A DNA stretch of 64,000 nt from assembly GCF_963921235.1 (NCBI RefSeq), contig NC_086108.1, positions 12,834,001 through 12,898,000 of the forward strand. The letters run 5' to 3'. The notes beneath the pieces were generated by a model. That model did no database searches. It was not told where the DNA came from and saw nothing but the letters and a program-made list of their open reading frames with translations. Below are positions 56,061 to 64,000 of the stretch, in pieces; the first letter of the stretch is position 1, and every line of letters starts with the position of its first letter. This stretch comes from Mobula hypostoma. Lineage: Eukaryota. A program made the position numbers and the translations under genes.

Positions 56061-59000
56061 GTTATGACAACATTAAACCCCACTATCATCCCTGCTATGA
56101 AAACATTAATCCCTACTATCACCATTGGCTATGACAACATCAATACCCACTATCATCCCTGGCTATAACAACATGAATCCCGACTATCACCATTGGCTAT
56201 AACAACATTAATCCCCACTATCACACCAGGCTATGACGACATTAATCCCCACTGTAACAATTGGCAATGACAACATTAATCCCCACTAACACCCCTGCTT
56301 ATGACAACATTAATCCCTACTATCACCATTGGCCATGAGAACATTAATCCCCACTATCACCATTGGCTATGACAACATTAATCCCCAATATCACCCCTGC
56401 TATGACAACATTAATCCCCATTGTGACCATTGGCGATAATAACATTAATCCCCAATATCACCCCTGCTATGACAACATTAATCCCCACTATCACCACTGC
56501 TATGACAACATCAATCCCCACTATCACCCCTGGCTATGAGAACATTAATCCCCACTACGACCCCTGTTATGGCAACATTAATCCCCACTATCACCCCTGC
56601 TATGACAACATTTATCCCTCCAGCACCATTGGCTATGACAACATCAATCCCCACTATCACCATTGGCTATAACAACATTAATCCCCACTATCACCCCTGG
56701 GTATAACATCATAAATCCCCACTATCATCCCTGGATATGACAACATTAATAACCAATATCAACCCTCGCTATGACAACATTAATCCCCACTATCGCCATT
56801 GGCTATGACAACATTAATCCCCACTATCGCCATTGGCTATGACAAGATTAAACTCTACTATCACCCCGGCCATTGCAACATTAATCCCCATTAATACCCC
56901 AGCTATGACAACATTAATCCTCACTATCACAATTGGCAATGACAACACTCATCCCCACTACCACCCCTGGCGGTGACAACAGTAATCCCCACTATCACCC
57001 CTCCTGTGACAACATTAATCCCCACGATCACCATTGGTGATGACAACATTAAACCCCACAATCACGTCTAGCTATGACAAAATTGAACGGCACTATCACC
57101 CCTGGCTATGAAAACATTAATCCCCACTATCACCACTGCTGTGACAACATTAATCCCCGATATCACCACTGCTGTGACAACATTAATCCCCACTATCACC
57201 CCTCGCTGTAACAACATTAATCCCCACTATCACCCATGCTATGACAAAATTAATCCCCATTAATACACCTGCTATAACAACATTAATCTTCAGTATCACA
57301 ATTGGCAATGACAACATTAATCTGCACAATCACGTCAAACTATGACAAAATTAAACTGCACTATCATCCGTGGCTATGAAAACATTAATCCCCACTATCA
57401 CTATTGGCTGTGACAACATAAATCCCCAATATCACAACTGCTATGACAACATTAATTCCGACTATCACTACTGCCTACGACAACATTAATCCCCACTATC
57501 ACCTCCAGCTATGACAACATTAAACTGTACTATCACACTTGGCTAAAACAACATTAATCCCCACTATCACCCCTGCTATGACAACATTAATCCCCACTCT
57601 CACCCCTGCTATGAAAACTTAACTCCCTACTATCAGCCATGCTATGACAAAAGTAATCCCCATTAATATCCCTGCTATGACAACATTAATCCCAAGTATC
57701 ACAATTGACAATGACAACACTCGTCCCCATTATCACCCCTGGATGTCACAACATTAATCCCCACTATCACCCCTGGGTATGACAACATTAATCCCCACCA
57801 TCACCCCTGGGTATGACAACATTAATCCCCACCATCACCCCTGGCTATGACAACATGAATCCCCACTATGACCATTGGCCACGACAACATTAATCCCCAC
57901 GATCACCCCTGCTTATGACAACATTAATCCCTACTATCACCATTGGCAATGACAACATTAATCCCCAATATCACCCCTGCTATGACAACATTAATCCCCA
58001 TTGTGACCATTGGCGATGATAACATTAATCCCCAATATCACCCCTGCTATGACAACATTAATCCCCACTATCACCACTGCTATGACAACATCAGTCCCCA
58101 CTATCACCCCTAGCTATGAGAACATTAATCCCCACTACGACCACTGTTATGAAAACATTAATCCCCACTATAACCCCTGCTATGACAACATTTATCCCTC
58201 TAGCACGATTGGCTATGACAACATCAATCCCCACTATCACCATTGGCTGTAACAACATTAATCCCCACTATCACCCCTGGGTATGACATCATTAATCCCC
58301 ACTATAATCCCTGGCTATGACAACATTAATGACCAATATCAACCCTCGCTATGACAACATTAATCCCCACTATCACCATTGGCTATGACAAGATTAAATT
58401 CTTCTATCACCCCGGCTATGACAACATTAATCCCCATTAATACCCCTGCTATGACAACATTAATCCTCACTATCACCCCTCCTGTGACAACATTAATCCC
58501 CACGATCACCATTGGTGATGACAACATTAAACCCCACAATCACGTCTAGCCATGACAACATTAAACCGCTCTATCACCACTGGCTATGACAACATTAGTC
58601 CCCACTATCACCCCTGGCTATGACAACATCAATACCCACTATCATCCCTGGCAATGACAACATTAATCCCCACTATCACCACTGCTATGACAGCATTAAT
58701 CCACGATATCGCCCCTGCTGTGACAACATTAATCCCCACTATCACCACTGCTATGACAACATTAATCCTAAATATCACAATTGACAATGACAACACTCGT
58801 CCCCACCATCACCCCTGGCTGTGACAACATTAATCCCCACTATCACCCCTCCTATGACAACATTAATCACCACTATAACCCCTGGGTATGACAACATTAA
58901 TCCCCACTATCATCCCTACGATGACAACATTAAACCCCACTATCACCCCTGCTATGAAAACATTAATCCCTACTATCACCATTGGCTATGACAACATCAA

Positions 59001-62000
59001 TACCCACTATCATCCCTGGCAATGACAACATGAATCCCGACTATCACCATTGGCTATAACAACATTAATCCCCACTATCACACCTGGCTATGATGACATT
59101 AATCCCCACTGTCACAATTGGCAATGACAACATTAATCCCCACTATCACCCCTGGCTATGACAACATTAATCCCTACTATCACCATTGGCTATGAGAACA
59201 TTAATCCCCACTATCACCATTGGCTATGACAACATCAATCCCCACTATCACCCCGGCTATGAGAACATTAATCCCCACTACGACCCCTGTTATGACAACA
59301 TTAATCCCCACTATCACCCCTGGGTATGACATCATTAATCCCCACTATCATCCCTGGCTATGACAACATTAATGACCAATATCAACCCTCGCTATGACAA
59401 CATTAATCCTCACTATCACAATTGGCAATGAAAACACTCATCCCCACTACCAGCCCTGGCGGTGACAACATTAATCCCCACTATCACCCCACCTGTGAAA
59501 ACATTAATCCCCACGATCACCATTGGTGATGACAACATTAAATCCCACAATCACGTCCAGCTATGACAACATTAAACCGCTCTATCACCCCTGGCTATGA
59601 CAACATTAGTCCCCACCATCACCTCTGGCTATGAAAACATTAATCCCCACTATCACCACTGCTATGACAACATCAATCCCCAGTATCACCCCTGCCATGA
59701 CAACATTAATCCCCACTATCACCCCTGTTATGACAACATCAATCCCCACTATCACCCATGGCTACGACAACATTAATCACCACTACGACCACTGTTATGA
59801 AAACATTAATCCCCAATATAACCCCTGCTATGACAACATTTATCCCTCTAGCACGATTGGCTATGACAACATCAATCCCCACTATCACCATTGGCTGTAA
59901 CAACATTAATCCCCACTATCACCCCTGGGTATGACATCATTAATCCCCACTATAATCCCTGGCTATGACAACATTAATGACCAATATCAACCCTCGCTAT
60001 GACAACATTAATCCCCACTATCACCATTGGCTATGACAAGATTAAATTCTACTATCACCCCGGCTATGACAACATTAATCCCCATTAATACCCCTGCTAT
60101 GACAACATTAATCCTCACTATCACCCCTCCTGTGACAACATTAATCCCCACGATCACCATTGGTGATGACAACATTAAACCCCACAATCACGTCGAGCTA
60201 TGACAGCATTAAACCGCTCTATCACCACTGGCTATGACAACATTAGTCCCCCCTATCACCCCTGGCTATGAAAACATTAATCCCCACTATCACCACTGCT
60301 ATGACAGCATTAATCCACGATATCGCCCCTGCTGTGACAACATTAATCCCCACTATCACCACTGCTATGACAACATTAATCCCCACTATCACCCCTGGCT
60401 GTGACAACATTAATCCCCACTATCACCCCCTCCTATGACAACATTAATCACCACTATAACCCCTGGGTATTACAACATTAATCCCCACCATCACCCTGGC
60501 TATGACAACATTAATCCCCACTATCATCCCTACGATGACAACATTAAACCCCACTATCACCCCTGCTATGAAAACATTAATCCCTACTATCACCATTGGC
60601 TATGACAACATCAATACCCACTATCATCCCTGGCAATGACAACATGAATCCCGACTATCACCATTGGCTATAACAACATTAATCCCCACTATCACACCTG
60701 GCTATGATGACATTAATCCCCACTGTCACAATTGGCAATGACAACATTAATCCCCACTATCACCCCTGGCTATGACAACATTAATCCCTACTATCACCAT
60801 TGGCTATGAGAACATTAATCCCCACTATCACCATTGGCTATGACAACATCAATCCCCACTATCACCCCGGCTATGAGAACATTAATCCCCACTACGACCC
60901 CTGTTATGACAACATTAATCCCCACTATCACCCCTGGGTATGACATCATTAATCCCCACTATCATCCCTGGCTATGACAACATTAATGACCAATATCAAC
61001 CCTCGCTATGACAACATTAATCCTCACTATCACAATTGGCAATGAAAACACTCATCCCCACTACCAGCCCTGGCGGTGACAACATTAATCCCCACTATCA
61101 CCCCACCTGTGAAAACATTAATCCCCACGATCACCATTGGTGATGACAACATTAAATCCCACAATCACGTCCAGTTTTGACAACATTAAACCGCTCTATC
61201 ACCCCTGGCTATGACAACATTAGTCCCCACCATCACCTCTGGCTATGAAAACATTAATCCCCACTATCACCACTGCTATGACAACATCAATCCCCAGTAT
61301 CACCCCTGCCATGACAACATTAATCCCCACTATCACCCCTGTTATGACAACATCAATCCCCACTATCACCCATGGCTACGACAACATTAATCACCACTAC
61401 GACCCCTGTTATGACAACATTAATCCTAAGTATCACAATTGACAATGACAACACTCGTCCCCACTATCACCCCTGGCTGTGACAACATTAATCCCCACTA
61501 TCACCCCTCCTATGACAACATTAATCACCACTATAACCCCTGGGTATGACAACATTAATCCCCACCATCACCCCTGGCTGTGACAACATTAATCCCCACT
61601 ATCAACCCTCCTATGACAACATTAATCACCACTATAACCCCTGGGTATGACAACATTAATCCCCACCATCACCCCTGGCTATGACAACATTAATCCCCAC
61701 TATCATCCCTGCTATGACAACATTAATCCCCACTATCACCATTGTTATGACAACATTAAACCCCACTATCACCCCTGCTATGAAAACATTAATCCCCACT
61801 ATCACGCCGAGCTGTGACAGCATTAAACCGCTCTATCACCCCTGGCTATGACAACATTAATCCCCACTACCACCCCTGGCTATGAAAACATTAATCCCCA
61901 CTATCACCCCTGCCATGACAACATTAATCCCCAATATGACCACCGCTATATTCCCACTATCACCATTGGCTATGACAAGATTAAATTCTACTATCACCCC

Positions 62001-64000
62001 GGCTATGACAACATTAATCCCCATTAATACCCCTGCTATGACAACATCAGTCCCCACTATCACCCCTAGCTATGAGAACATTAATCCCCACTACGACTAC
62101 TGTTATGAAAACATTAATCCCCACTATAACCCCTGCTATGACAACATTTAGCCCTCTAGCACGATTGGCTATGACAACATCAATCCCCACTATCACCATT
62201 GGCTGTAACAACATTAATCCCCACTATCACCCCTGGGTATGACATCATTAATCCCCACTATAATCCCTGGCTATGACAACATTAATGACCAATATCAACC
62301 CTCGCTATGACAACATTAATCCCCACTATCACCATTGGCTATGACAAGATTAAATTCTACTATCACCCCGGCTATGACAACATTAATCCCCATTAATACC
62401 CCTGCTATGACAACATTAATCCTCACTATCACCCCTCCTGTGACAACATTAATCCCCACGATCACCATTGGTGATGACAACATTAAACCCCACAATCACA
62501 TCGAGCTATGACAACATTAAACCGCTCTATCACCACTGGCTATGACAACATTAGTCCCCCCTATCACCCCTGGCTATGAAAACATTAATCCCCACTATCA
62601 CCACTGCTATGACAACATTAATCCTAAATATCACAATTGACAATGACAACACTCGTCCCCACCATCACCCCTGGCTGTGACAACATTAATCCCCACTATC
62701 ACCCCTCCTATGACAACATTAATCCCCACTATCACCCCTGGGTATGACTACATTAATCCCCAACATCACGCCTGGCTATGACAACATTAACCCCACTATC
62801 ATCCCTACGATGACAACATTAATCACCACAATAACCCCTGGGTATGACAACATTAATCCCCACCATCACCCTGGCTATGACAACATTAATCCCCACTATC
62901 ATCCCTACGATGACAACATTAAACCCCACTATCACCATTGGCTATAACAACATTAATCCCCACTATCACACCTGGCTATGACGACATTAATCCCCACTGT
63001 CACAATTGGCAATGACAACATTAATCCCCACTATCACCCCTGGCTATGACAACATTAATTCCTACTATCACCATTGGCTATGACAACATTAATCCCCACT
63101 ATCACCCCGGCTATGAGAACATTAATCCCCACTACGACCCCTGTTATGACAACATTAATCCCCACTATCACCCCTGCAATGACAACATTTATCCCTCCAG
63201 CACCATTGGCTATGACAACATCAATCCCCACTATCACCATTGGCTATAACAACATTAATCCTCACTATCACAATTGGCAATGAAAACACTCATCCCCACT
63301 ACCAGCCCTGGCGGTGACAACATTAATCCCCACTATCACCCCACCTGTGAAAACATTAATCCCCACGATCACCATTGGTGATGACAACATTAAATCCCAC
63401 AATCACGTCCAGCTATGACAACATTAAACCGCTCTATCACCCCTGGCTATGACAACATTAGTCCCCACCATCACCTCTGGCTATGAAAACATTAATCCCC
63501 ACTATCACCACTGCCATGACAACATTAATCCCCACTATCACCCCTGTTATGACAACATCAATCCCCACTATCACCCATGGCTACGACAACATTAATCACC
63601 ACTACGACCCCTGTTATGACAACATTTATCCCTCTATCACCATTGGCTATGACAACATTAAACCCCACAACCACATCAAGCTATGACAAAATTAAACAGG
63701 ACTATCACCCCGACTATGAAAACATTAATCCCCACTATCACCACCACTATGACAACATTAATCCCCTCTATTACCCATGCTATGACAAAATTAATCCCCA
63801 TTAATACCCCTGCTATGACAACATTAATCCTAAGTATCACAATTGACAATGACAACACTCGTCCCCACTATCACCCCTGGCTGTGACAACATTAATCCCC
63901 ACTATCACCCCTCCTATGACAACATTAATCACCACTATAACCCCTGGGTATGACAACATTAATCCCCACCATCACCCCTGGCTATGACAACATTAATCCC

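Larger units (their letters stand above)
15955..64000 (+). repeat. Satellite array B, 33/34-bp monomer (consensus CTATGACAACATTAATCCCCACTATCACCCCTG[G]; common variant ending CACCATTGG), about 46 kb of repeat, ~1,350-1,400 monomers; runs off the right edge
   Basis: Continuous tandem periodicity in one orientation, with one large interruption at 53893-56060. Monomer count estimated as ~45.9 kb / ~33.6 bp. Diagnostic variant monomers recur in ordered series. Confidence 0.98.

Noticed and set aside
54376..56067. Plus-strand ORFs overlapping the young CR1 (and similar ones at 13863-15800)
   Set aside because: They are antisense shadows of CR1 ORF2 with no independent evidence.
15955..64000. Mucin-like Thr/Pro-rich ORFs (MTTLIPTITPA) and His/Tyr/Cys-rich ORFs (CYDNINPHYHP) suggesting a giant repetitive protein
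   Set aside because: Mixed 33- and 34-bp monomers shift the frame every few units into a frame with TGA/TAA stops. No satellite-derived ORF exceeds ~140 aa, and there is no sign of frame preservation.
15955..64000. CRISPR-like array (repeat length 33-34 bp)
   Set aside because: Monomers are head-to-tail with no unique spacers, there are no cas genes, and the context is vertebrate.

Overview
This is eukaryotic, repeat-dominated DNA. The CR1 and Rex1/Babar LINE content and the low CpG point to a vertebrate, most plausibly a cartilaginous fish (inference). No prokaryotic system, CRISPR array or RNA gene is supported. The only host coding sequence I can support is one 71-nt exon on the + strand (10128-10198, AG...GTAAGT, peptide MKVCGASCCRGWASGPQAGRCMK[P]), which resembles the N-terminal four-cysteine exon of the LTBP (latent TGF-beta binding protein) family. 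If that call is right, the rest of the window is probably intronic. Upstream lies a 44/45-bp satellite (1-8656), diverged at the start and homogenised at the end, interrupted by a CR1 3' fragment and by a 564-bp TG...CA solo LTR with a 6-bp target-site duplication (TSD). A ~7-kb zone of retroelement debris follows, with Rex1/Babar fragments, a 55-bp minisatellite and a decayed CR1 nested in another CR1. From ~15955 to the window end is a 33/34-bp satellite (about 46 kb of repeat) with mosaic higher-order duplications and one young 5'-truncated CR1 whose 688-aa reverse transcriptase (RT) frame is uninterrupted. Nearly all short ORFs in the supplied track are translation artefacts of the satellites. 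I found no evidence strong enough to claim a new biological system. The best leads concern the architecture and possible function of the giant intronic satellite.
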